A stretch of 64,000 nucleotides of DNA from the human T2T-CHM13v2.0 reference genome, Homo sapiens. The notes beneath the pieces are model-generated. The model worked only from the letters and a program-made list of their open reading frames with translations, ran no database searches and was not told the origin of the DNA. The stretch lies in assembly GCF_009914755.1 (NCBI RefSeq), contig NC_060937.1, one strand, 5' to 3'. Positions 50,783 through 64,000 of this stretch are shown in pieces (position 1 is the stretch's first letter; every line of letters starts with the position of its first letter). Both the position numbers and the translations under genes were made by a program.

Positions 50783-51174
50783 AAGTGATTTTTTTTTTTT
50801 AAATGAATTAAACCAAGAATGGTTTCTTGGATCATTCATAATTGCTGGGTTTTTTTTTTGAAATGAAATTTAATGCAATGAAAGTATTCTTTTTTAAAAA
50901 TGAAATATAGGCATTTTGTTGAAAATGAAACTAATGTGCAACTGAGTGTGAGTCCTGCCCAACTGGCTTGTGCTCCAGTTGCTTCATTTTATCCAGTAAG
51001 AAAATCTCCCTGGATTTCAGAAAAGCAACAACACATAGACATGCACAAAATCCTGTTCTACTATAGCATTTTACAGCATTTTTACATAGATAGCTTTCTG
51101 ATAAAAAGATGACCAAATATTTTGTGTTTAAAAAGAATGTTAAGTATGAACCTTAATATGTTGCAAGTAAGTAA

Positions 51175-51487
<313 letters not shown>

Positions 51488-51677
51488 CAGTGTGGCATTG
51501 TTTTTAACAGAGTGTCTTTAAAAATAAAGGCTTTTTAAAATATAAATATAGCATAGAAACTAAAAGCAGTATCAAATACCTAGAAAGATGCCAAGTAACT
51601 GGAAAAGCTTACCTGATTTTAGAATTATTTTTAGGTGGAAAGGATGAAGGAAAGATAATCTTTTAATGTATAAGTTA

Positions 51678-51838
51678 AGCTTGGTGCAGTGACAAATGTG
51701 TATAGTCTCAGCTACTCTGGACGTGGGAGGATTGCTTGAGCCTAAGAATTTGAGGCTGTAATCATACCTGTGAATAGCAACTGCATTCCATCCTGGGCAA
51801 CATACCAAGACCCCATCTCTAAAAATAAATAAATAAAT
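51678..51838 (+). mobile_element. FAM-like monomer
   Basis: Diverged monomer with (AAAT)n tail. Confidence 0.7.
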
Positions 51839-52316
51839 CAGTGTTTAGGTTAAAAATACAGTCTACAGTAGTAAAGTAGCCAAAATATTCTAAACCTCCT
51901 TACAACAATACAAACAGCATATACAGTATTTTAAAACATCCCTCCTTAGAAGAGATTTATGGATCCTTTTGGAGAAGATCAAAAATATTGCCCATTAAAT
52001 TGTGTTGGAAGTTGTTTTTTTCTTTAGTTATGGAAAGAAAAGGAAAGGAAGGGTTCATTGAAGTTCTTTTTCAGTAACTTGCTTTGTATATAGTAGTTGC
52101 ACAGTACATGTCTTTCTTTGTCTATGAAAATTTTGAGTTTTTATTTAATTGGGTTTTCATTTTTTTTCAGAACTTTATTCCTTTTTTGTTGACAATCAAG
52201 TACAATTTCAAATTATCAGTGCAATATTTGTGTTTATATTATTTTTCCTTACCAAAAGCAATCTGATTATTTGGTTTTGGGGCATTTTTGTTTTCTTTTT
52301 GCTTTTGTTTTGGCAG

Positions 52317-52422
52317 GTCTCTGAATCTTTACTTGTGCAGACTCCAGCTGTGCCTCCTGGCCCATGCCTCCCTCCCAGATTACAGGGTAGACCCAAAGCA
52401 AAAGAAATACAGTTACGATGGG
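52317..52422 (+). CDS. FNDC3A: FNDC3A exon (VSESLLVQTP...QLRW)
   Basis: ggcag / gtaatt; 106 nt. Confidence 0.95.
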
Positions 52423-52510
52423 GTAATTTCCATTTTGGTAATAAATTATAATTAAGCTAGAACAGGAAGTATTCGTCTTGTTAAATTGCATTAATCTTTC
52501 CATCTTTTAG

Positions 52511-52686
52511 GACCCCCTCTGGTTGATGGTGGATCACCCATTTCCTGTTACAGTGTGGAAATGTCTCCTATAGAAAAAGATGAACCTAGAGAAGTTTACC
52601 AAGGTTCTGAAGTAGAATGTACAGTGAGCAGCCTTCTTCCTGGAAAGACATACAGCTTCAGACTACGTGCAGCTAACAAAATGGGG
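52511..52686 (+). CDS. FNDC3A: FNDC3A exon ([10 protein letters not shown]...AANKMG)
   Basis: tttag / gtaaga; follows an 88-nt intron. Confidence 0.95.
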
Positions 52687-53003
52687 GTAAGAAGACTGTG
52701 CTGGTAGAATTATAATCACAATGGTGATATATGTTTCATTTTAACATATATCATCATATCCATTATTTGGCCATTTGGCTTTAACATATGACTCCAAATT
52801 TTACAATTTTTAACAAGCCTACATTGATAAATACAAGAGAAGTCGGTATATTCCATAACTTAATTTTTATGAAATCTCAGTATTTTTAGATCCCACTTAC
52901 AGTTTGTGACACTTTGGACTTCAGCTGGGCTAGAGTTTACCTTTTAGGCAGTGTTAATAGAGTTTACTTAATCAATTTAAGAGTAGAAATAAAATCATAA
53001 GTA

Positions 53004-53069
53004 CTGAAGTTTTTTGAGGCTGATTGAAGTTTTTGAGGTTTTTGAGGCTGATTGAAGTTTTTTGAGGCT
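53004..53069 (+). repeat. Short imperfect tandem repeat (tgaagttttttgaggctgat)
   Basis: About 3 copies read directly. Confidence 0.8.
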
Positions 53070-53608
53070 AAAGTAGCATTTACTTTCAGTTGGCAACTAA
53101 TTATGATTCATTTTTTTTGCCCAAATGAAAAAAAACTTATGCTTGAAACTATTCTGGTTTTGTATGTATTTTTTGAAATATTATCTATGTATTTAATATA
53201 TAACTCCAAAAAGTGGACAAAGTAGGTGATATCTCCATTTCACAACTAAGGAAACGGGTTCAGGAAAGCTAAATATTTTGCCCACAGTCATACAAACTAA
53301 TAAGTGATAGAGGTAAGCTACAAACCTTAGTTTGTCAGACTCCAGAGCCAAAGCTCTTTCCACTCAGCTATGACACCTCTCATCTCTCTGCAATAAAGCA
53401 GGTTCCCTAAGGACAAAGCAGTAATTTCCTATCTCAGCTAAATAACAATTTCTTTCAACTATTGTATAATTAAAATTTTTATAGAATTAAACTGACAGTT
53501 CTCTCCTACCCATTATTTTGGTGAACTATACTATATTTCAAATCCTGTTTTCCAACAGGGTTCTGTATTTACATCTGTAAACTTATTTTTCAATTTATTT
53601 CTGTTTGA

Positions 53609-53898
53609 TTTTTTGAAACAGGGTCTCACCCTGTCACCCAGGGTGGAGTGCAGTGGTGTGATCTTGGCTCTCTGCAACCTCCGCCTCCTGGGCTCAGGTG
53701 ACCCTTCTACCTCAGCCTCCCAAGTAGCTGGGACCACAGGTGTACATCACCACACCTGGATAATTTTTTCATATTTTTAGTAGAGAGAGGGTTTTGTCAT
53801 GTTGCCCAGGTTAGTCTCAAACTCCTGGGCTCAAGAGATCTACCCACCTCGGCCTCCCAAAGTAGTGGGATTACAGGCAAGAGCCACTATGCCCGGCC
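53609..53898 (-). mobile_element. AluJ
   Basis: Dimer. Confidence 0.85.
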
Positions 53899-54575
53899 TA
53901 AATTTCTTATATGTCAAATTTATATACTTAGGCTGCTCTTACACAAGTCATTCCTTTCTGTAAGAAGCCATCTTGTCAGCCTCACAAGGCTGCAGTACAC
54001 TAGGATCGCATCTTTAATACTTACGTCTTAATTTATATTTTCAGGTTTGTGATAATTTGTCAAAATCACCTTAAGTAAATATTTACTTTCCGTATTTCCA
54101 GAGAACATACATTTTAGACCTTTCTAAAGCTATTCCAGATTTTAAGATAAAATTTATGCCTACCAGAGAGCAGTACTGATAAATAATGTACTATAAGTAC
54201 ACTATTTACAGTTTTATTTTAAATAAAATCCATTCAGCATGCTAGAATGGTGAAGCTTTGTCATTATTTTGTTGTTGTCGACATGAATTAACCTTGTTCA
54301 AAAAAGGGGGGCAAAAAAATGACATTTGTCATGGAAAACTTTTTTTAATCCCTATAGGACTTGAGGAACAGAATCCTTACTTCAGTTCTTATAAATAGTT
54401 GTGCTAAACCTCAAGTTTCTATCATTTAGTGGCCCTTTCCATGCTCTCCATGAACTAAACTGAATTATCTGTGTGACTGATATGTTTTCTTAGGTTGCCT
54501 TATAACATGTATAACAGTACTCTTTATTTGTAGATACCTTTGTATGTATGTGTGTGTATAGACAGATAGACAGAC

Positions 54576-54863
<288 letters not shown>

Positions 54864-54920
54864 TTTTATATATACTTATTATTGTAAATCATTTGCTGCC
54901 ACTAGCAGTCTGTAAGTCTA

Positions 54921-55621
<701 letters not shown>

Positions 55622-57080
55622 TTAGGAACTTTTGAACTACTAATAAAACTATCTGCCATAGTTCATTGATTTTTACATGAAATATTTATTTTCAAGATGG
55701 TTTCAAGATTACTTTTCACAAAGCAGGCGCATTATATCACCATTTTGCTCTGCCTTGTAAACTTGCCATCTGGGATTTTTGGGTGGTATTCATGTGAGAG
55801 TAAAGCATATTCTCTAGCAGTTTCCTATAGCTACAGGTTTGTTTGTTTTTTTTCATTGCTTCTAACAGGATATAGTTACTATGAGTCCATGAAATATAAT
55901 GGAAATGTGAATAAGGAGTTTACTGAAGACTTTAAACATTTGATTTTTTTTTAATCGTGAATATGATAGAAACTGGTAGTGTTGAGCAGTGCAAATATTT
56001 GAAGTGGTGATTTGTGAAATAGCCCAGCATTGCCTTAAACAAAATCACAGTCTACTTCTTGTTTTATACATATGATAGTATAAAAGGTTTCTTTTTTTTC
56101 CCATTTTCTGAGATTTATAGATTGGTATATAGCTTTAAACTGTATAAAGTTTTATGGAAAGATTTTTTAAACTTATTAATATAAATTTTAAAGTTGATAT
56201 AATTAAAGTGAGCCTATCTTCTGTTTATAAAATGCAAGATTCCTTAACATTTATAATTATACAGATGAAATAGTTTCTATAAGGAAGTTGGAGTTTTGAT
56301 TTTGCCCTTTATAGATGTTAGATTGTGCAGATTTGTCTGTATTTTCTCACCATATCAAATAATACTTTTATTATAAGATTGGTTTTCAAGAGCCGTATTA
56401 GTTGTTATAATTGATTAGTATATAGTTTAACTTTATTCATCATATTTATACTGTAGATTTATGGCCAGAGGTTGAGGTTATTTCAGGAGAGTTGATGACC
56501 TTCATTTAAAGTCTAGCTAAAATCAGTGCTGTAAACAAAAGGAAACATTTACGTTTGTTTCTGTTTGCCATATATAGTAGCCTTGATTTTTTACTTTTTT
56601 ATAAAACAGTTACGTTCACAATATTAGCCTGAGGTATTAATGACATTGTGATGATACAAAATGGTGTATATTCCCTGTGCAATCGGATTTGGAGGAAAAA
56701 TGAAGGACTTAACATTATCTGAAGTCACTGATACTCTGAATAAGTATGGTCAAGGAGTGAACTATTTTCTTTTGGAAAAACTTTTTAAAATTTTATTTTT
56801 AAAGTATTATACTGTTATTTTTAGGGCCTAATGGTTACATTGAATAGTTGGTTTCACCTTCTTAAGGTTTTTTACCAATATTCATGAAACTTGATATTTT
56901 TAAAATCCCTACCCTTTGGTAAGTCGTTATTTATTAACATTTTTATTGGTGATTAATACATGTTTTTTCCTAAATTAAAAATAAATAACTTGGAATAATT
57001 TTAATATTAAATATTTGTTAACAACTGAATGTTTCCATAGAATTTTCTGAGAAGTTGAGTTTCTTAGAGTTTTCGTAGCT

Positions 57081-57407
57081 GGCTGGGCCCAGTGGCTCAT
57101 GCCTGTAATCCCAGCACTTTGGCTCAAGCAGTCCTCCCTCTGAGACAGGAGGACCACTTGTGCCCAGGAGTCTGAGACCAGCCTGGGCAACATGGTGAAA
57201 CCCTGTCTCTGTAAAAAGTAGAAAAATTAGCCCAGCATGGTAGTGCACACCCGTAGTCCCAGCTACTCAGGAGGCTGAGGTGGGAGGATGGCTTGAGCCC
57301 AGGAAGTCGAGGGTGCAGTGAGCCATGTTTGCACCACTGCACTCCTGCAGTCTAGGTGATGGAGCCAGCCAGACCTTGTCTCAAAAAAAAAAAAAAAAAA
57401 AAAAAAA
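57081..57407 (+). mobile_element. AluJ with a small internal inverted insert
   Basis: Dimer with long poly(A). Confidence 0.85.
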
Positions 57408-58178
57408 GAAGTTGAGCTAGCTCTTAAAGATGGGCATTTGGCAAAACTGCCTGATACAGTGCAGTAACAAGTAGGTTTACTTCTGACCATTATAATGATG
57501 CGCCACTGTTAAGTGAAAATACCAGTGTATTGGGGCTTTTCTTTTGCTAATGAGCTTTGAAAAATTGATGACAAGAAATTTCTGTAATTGTTCTCCTATG
57601 TGTCGGGGAAGGAATTTGCCAATACTGAATAAAATTTTTTATATTCCAGGTAATGTATGTTAAAAGTAATTATGAGAAAGTGAGCTTTTTAGCATGGAAC
57701 AGAAAAATCAAATTCTGTTACAAAATAAACAAATTTATAGAACAGAATGTTGGTAAAATTTGATATGGAATATGCCTAAGAAAGATTCGTGAAGTATTAA
57801 AAAATTAAAAATAATAATTTACACCTACCATCTCCCGTACCTTTAATTAGTATCAATTTCTTCACTCCTTATATTTCTCCTGAATTATTCCACCGACCTC
57901 ATTCCCTAATGTCCTGCCCTTCTTACAAAAACCATTTCCTGAAGAAATAAGGGGCAGAAGAAAGTATAGGTAAATGAAACTTTAAAATTTCTCACACCTT
58001 TACTTTCATGATTTTTAAGTCTTTTTAGTTAATGTGAATACTTATAGAATTATGACCAAATTAATCTTGAAACACAGGGAAAAGACTTTATTAATGAATC
58101 TTTAAATATGCAGTTCTGTGCAATCAGTGGACATTTAAGGGTGAAAAATAAAAACACTAGTTACATTTGTTTTTCTAG

Positions 58179-58292
58179 TTTGGACCATTTTCAGAAAAAT
58201 GTGATATTACTACAGCCCCTGGGCCACCAGATCAGTGCAAGCCCCCTCAAGTGACATGTAGATCTGCAACTTGTGCACAAGTGAATTGGGAG
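58179..58292 (+). CDS. FNDC3A: FNDC3A exon (FGPFSEKCD...QVNWE)
   Basis: tctag / gtattg; 114 nt. Confidence 0.95.
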
Positions 58293-59026
58293 GTATTGTA
58301 ATTTCCATTGACTTGTATCTACTTTCTTAAGTGAATAGAATAGTTTATATAAAAGAATAAAGATACTGTTCATTTTTACCGCCTATATTATACAGAGTAA
58401 GCCCTAGTTTAATTCACATGAAAAACAGTGACTTCTTTTTCCTCTTTGAAGAATTTGAGTAAGGTATATTTGCATTACAAATATTTAGATTCCTGTTCAT
58501 TATGTGCTTTGTATTTTTATGAATGGCTTTGTCTCAGTACTGAGATATTTCAGCCACTGTAAGTTTAATGTTCAGAATAGACATACACAGGAATTAGTAA
58601 ATTCTATTTCTCTTATATTTATCCAGTACACATCTCCAGTGTACTTATTGTGGATAGTAATAATCAGTGATGATAATTATTATATTTTCAGTTCCCTTTG
58701 AAATTTAACAAAATGTGTGTATGCTTTTAACATTTCATATTAATAGAATTATCTTGAAACATATTTACCTTAAAACACTCTTTCTAAAGTGACTTAGTCA
58801 TATTTCTACTTCTAATTCAAAACAGTTATATATTTGACCAATCTTAAATTCAGATAATCTTAATGAATAAAAAATGTAAAATTGAACAGTTTTGATTGTG
58901 CTTAAAAGTTTTAAAGAAACTCAAAAGCAATCTAGTTTTACATGTGCTCAGGTAAAGAGCATTTTTGGCCAAAAGCTATTTAATCAACATCAAGACTAAG
59001 ACCTTTATCCTTTTCTTAATTTAAAG

Positions 59027-59176
59027 GTTCCTTTGAGTAATGGAACAGATGTCACTGAATATCGACTGGAGTGGGGAGGAGTTGAAGGAAGTATGCAGAT
59101 ATGTTACTGTGGGCCTGGTCTCAGTTATGAAATAAAAGGACTTTCACCAGCAACTACCTATTATTGCAGGGTCCAG
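59027..59176 (+). CDS. FNDC3A: FNDC3A exon (VPLSNGTDV...YYCRVQ)
   Basis: taaag / gtaaag; 150 nt. Confidence 0.95.
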
Positions 59177-59283
59177 GTAAAGATGATCAGTACCTTGTCA
59201 CTTAACTCTATCCAGAGTTTTATATTTCATTGGCATTTTCATGGTCATGACTTTGTTAACTCGGAGGCTCTGTTAATTTGTAG

Positions 59284-59567
59284 GCTCTGAGTGTTGTGGG
59301 TGCAGGCCCTTTCAGTGAAGTAGTAGCCTGTGTGACTCCACCATCAGTTCCTGGCATTGTGACCTGTCTTCAAGAAATAAGCGATGATGAGATAGAAAAT
59401 CCCCATTATTCACCTTCTACATGCCTTGCAATAAGCTGGGAAAAGCCTTGTGATCATGGTTCGGAAATCCTTGCCTACAGCATAGACTTTGGAGATAAAC
59501 AATCCCTAACAGTGGGAAAGGTTACAAGCTATATTATCAACAATTTGCAACCAGATACAACATACAG
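59284..59567 (+). CDS. FNDC3A: FNDC3A exon (ALSVVGAGPF...QPDTTY)
   Basis: tgtag / gtatac; 284 nt. Confidence 0.95.
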
Positions 59568-59663
59568 GTATACTCTAAAAATTATGTTGATTTTTGCCTA
59601 GACCAGAGAGACGCTTTAAATAAAACAATCATAACCAAACTTTTTTTCTTATGTGGCACTTAG

Positions 59664-59876
59664 AATACGAATTCAAGCCTTGAATAGCCTTGGAGCTGGT
59701 CCTTTCAGCCATATGATAAAATTAAAAACTAAGCCTCTCCCTCCTGATCCACCTCGTCTGGAATGTGTTGCCTTTAGCCACCAGAACCTTAAGCTGAAAT
59801 GGGGAGAAGGAACTCCAAAGACATTGTCAACCGATTCTATTCAGTACCACCTTCAGATGGAGGATAAGAATGGACG
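59664..59876 (+). CDS. FNDC3A: FNDC3A exon (IRIQALNSLG...EDKNG)
   Basis: cttag / gtaggt; 213 nt. Confidence 0.95.
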
Positions 59877-59951
59877 GTAGGTTTTTTTAATTGCTTCTTT
59901 ATATAGTTTCTTAGGTCTTAAGTATATACATTTCTGTAACTATTAGAAGTA

Positions 59952-60076
59952 GGCCAGGTGTGGTGGCTGACACCTGTAATCTCAGCACTTTGGGAGGCTG
60001 AGGCAGGCGAATTGCTTGAGCCCAGGAGTGCAAGACCAGCCTGGGCAAGACAGTGAGACCTTGTCTCTAAAAAAAA
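59952..60076 (+). mobile_element. FLAM monomer
   Basis: Left monomer with A-tail. Confidence 0.8.
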
Positions 60077-60268
60077 TTTATTTTAATGAAGTAAGTTTTC
60101 AAAAACGAAGTCAAGATTGTCATACAAAAGTGTGCTGTTTTTAAAACGTTAGAAAACACAATGTACATTTCCTGTTTATAATTTGTGAGTGGAATACCAA
60201 GAGAAAAAAATAAGTGGGCTACTGTTTGGTTGTTTTCTGTAATCCATTTACTGTTTTCATGATAGTAA

Positions 60269-60947
<679 letters not shown>

Positions 60948-63100
60948 TGATTATGATCGTTCCTGGCCTCTGAGATCCTTGAGGGCAGAGATTATGTTTC
61001 AGTCTTTTCCAGATTCCTGACACAGGGCCTGCACGCTAAATGAATACAGTTCAGTTTTTCACTGTGTGATCTCAGTTAGATTCTGTGATTAATTATCTAG
61101 TCCCTTTGCTAATCACTGTTGCTAATCTTTGCTAATCTTTGAATTAGAAAGAACCTAATTTCATTCAGGTTCTTTCTGTGCCTCTTTCACATCTTCATGT
61201 ACATGTTGTACTATTCCTATATAATGTGCCATATACTGCCACACTAAATCATGTATTTTAATTACAGTGTTAACTCTGAATATTTGTAACAGTCATTCTA
61301 ATGCCAACTAGGGCTATTTATTCACATTATATTCCATATAAGCAATGCCACATACCTCCCACAGCTGTTAATCCTTTAATATTTTAAGAATTTTGAATTT
61401 TGCTTTTCTACTTTTCACTGAATATATTAGAAACAATTTCCAAATCTGATGGACTCAGAATACTAGTAACAGTTTTTCCCAAGATTTACTTTTTTGTGTT
61501 GTTTGTATCTTAGCCAGGTATTCAACAATGAAATATTCATGGTGCTTGTACATAACCACTCTCTATCAGAAATACTTATACATTTAAAATAACATATGGA
61601 ATAATTTTGTATACTAGTATATCACCAGTAAGAACATTACACAGAACAAACGTGATCATTTCCTAAAATCTGTATCGATGAATGTTAGCCTTTGTTCTTG
61701 GCAGAATTTTATGTAATTTTTGTAGCCTTATCTCTACAAAGAGATTATTTGCCTTGTACAGGTTTTTGGTATAGCCATTTATCTTTAATATATGTTATTA
61801 TTACTGGACAAATTAATTGTTTAAATTTTTTTCCTCCCCTTTCTAGCATACATTTGGGGTAGTGCAAGAAGGCTTACTGGAAACAGGTCTAATTAGTGTT
61901 TGGTTGAAAGATAATAGAATAAAGATTCTATTAGATATAAATTCTATTATAGAACTTCCAACTTAATATTCAGCTAGCATCTAGAGAATTGTTATGGGGT
62001 ATGAATATGGCTCATGGCCTTTGGTTGTGGAAAATAAAGAAATTAAAACCTTTTATGATACTGTTAAGTTTAATGCACACATTTAATAAATTAAATCAAT
62101 TTAATATCTTTGATTACTTTCATTCCCTTTGATTTTCACAACTATATACACTTGCTGTGGGATGGTATCATAATGATACTTTAGTTGTTCCCTGATCCAG
62201 ATTTTGTCATTGTTCAGCTTTTTTAAACAGTGGTATTACCACTATTTTTTTTTCCTGTCATTAAAAAAAAATTTAGAGGTTGAAAAGGCAAGGCTTATCC
62301 AATTACTGCTTATTGGAAGTACTGTTTCTTCCTGTCATTAAATATTTCTTTATTTTTAACTTGGCTACAATTTTCAGACTGTTAGCATTGAATAAGCATT
62401 CATTATTCATTCTCTAATTTCCAAAAATTTTAGAAACATCCAATCAAAAATAATGGGATGCATTCAACTTATAGATAACATATTAGGAGAAATATGTATG
62501 ATATTCAACTTCATTGAACAGTTCAAGTGGGTAATGTATTGGAAATTTTATATTATCATACTGCTTTTGTAAATCTCTAAAAAAACGTCACCAAGTCAAC
62601 TAAAAATCTGCCTGGGAATTGAGAATTCTCTTTTTTCCAGATAAAGACAAGGAAGATTAAAATAGAAACTTAATCTCATAGCTCAGGTCTCTATGCCATA
62701 CTTGGCAAATTTTATCAATATGACTTTAGTTAGAAATAATTTGTAATGAAAATTGTGATGTTCTGAGCATCTTTTAAAATGTACATTAACAAAACAGTAT
62801 TCAGAAACAAAGCTAAACCGGAAGCCTGAGAAGAAACAGTTATGGTCGGACATGAAATTTAGTAACAGACTTTTGGTAAATCATGTCAAATTGGGAAATT
62901 TACCAAATATCCTATTTTTCTTAATCTGATGAAAAACAGATTTATTTTAAGTGACATAGAGTTCCTGGCATCAAACTTTTGGGGTAACTTATCACTCCTA
63001 AATAATGTTCATAACTGTGTTTTTATACTAGTTTGTAAAACACTTTAATAAGGTATCATAAGGTAGTATAAGGTTTATCTAATAGTTATTTCCATTTTAG

Positions 63101-63267
63101 GTTTGTATCCCTATACAGAGGACCATGTCATACATACAAAGTACAAAGACTTAATGAGTCAACATCCTATAAATTCTGTATTCAAGCTTGTAATGAAGCT
63201 GGGGAAGGTCCCCTCTCCCAAGAATATATTTTCACTACTCCAAAATCTGTCCCAGCTGCCTTGAAAG
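63101..63267 (+). CDS. FNDC3A: FNDC3A exon (FVSLYRGPCH...PAALK)
   Basis: tttag / gtaagt; 167 nt; gene continues beyond the window. Confidence 0.95.
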
Positions 63268-64000
63268 GTAAGTTATACATCCTGAACTTATTTTCTTTAT
63301 AATAAATTACTTTTTAATGTATTTTCATAAATGCTTTGTTTACTGATATTAAAATTTAGCATCCAGTATATGTCCACCAGTTATACAAAATCGTATAGGC
63401 AAGCCCAACTCTACTGAGAGTTCCACTCAATAATAAAAGCTGTTTTATCTGGCACGCTCATATTCAGACAAGTACTGGCTTTTGTCACTGATGTTTTTAA
63501 TAATGTAGCATAAAAATACTAAATTGAATAGGAAGGCTGGTTTTCTAATGAGGTCATTTGCTTAAAGAAAAAAATCACAAACTCTGGTTGTTTAAACGTT
63601 TTGAGTTATTGATATTACATTCATTTGGATTTCAGAAGGAAAGCTTGGTCATCTGTTAAGCAAAACAAATTCTTCATTAATGTGGGTTTTTCAATTAGTT
63701 TTACACACACATGTACACATATTTACACACATTTGTATATACATTTATCTTTTAATTTTAGAGGGGTTCTTATTTTAAAGTGACTCTGGCAAGGGCTACA
63801 CTCTATTTTTAGCTGAAAAGTCTATAAAGTTAATTGCTCTGAAGACTAATCACAGAGACTTCTAGAACCATATCCTAGATCATGTACTTAAACCTATCAT
63901 TTGTTAAACAGCAGAACTCTTCTTGACTAGTCTTTCTAATAATATTGAGTTTCACTGAGTCATTTTTCTGTTTGCTCATCAAGTTTAGTGTCTCTTAGCT

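Overview
Primate (most likely human) genomic DNA lying entirely inside FNDC3A on the + strand. Eighteen internal coding exons (probably exons 7-24; numbering from memory) join in frame via GT-AG introns and encode most of the fibronectin type III array. The start codon, TM tail and stop codon lie outside the window. The 21-kb intron (7240-28546) holds three nested minus-strand L1s: an old L1, a full-length mid-age L1PA and a full-length L1PA2/3. Other introns carry a twin-primed inverted L1, a COX7C retrocopy, a solo LTR, MaLR LTRs, a MER30 containing a MADE1 hairpin, about 24 Alu/monomer copies, and L2/MIR relics. Most short ORFs in the track are repeat-derived noise. No demonstrably new system is visible. 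The best leads are L1 antisense-promoter/ORF0 splicing in frame with an FNDC3A exon and a fully paired MADE1 (miR-548-like) hairpin. Repeat subfamily calls are from recalled consensus sequences, and the boundaries of old repeats are approximate.
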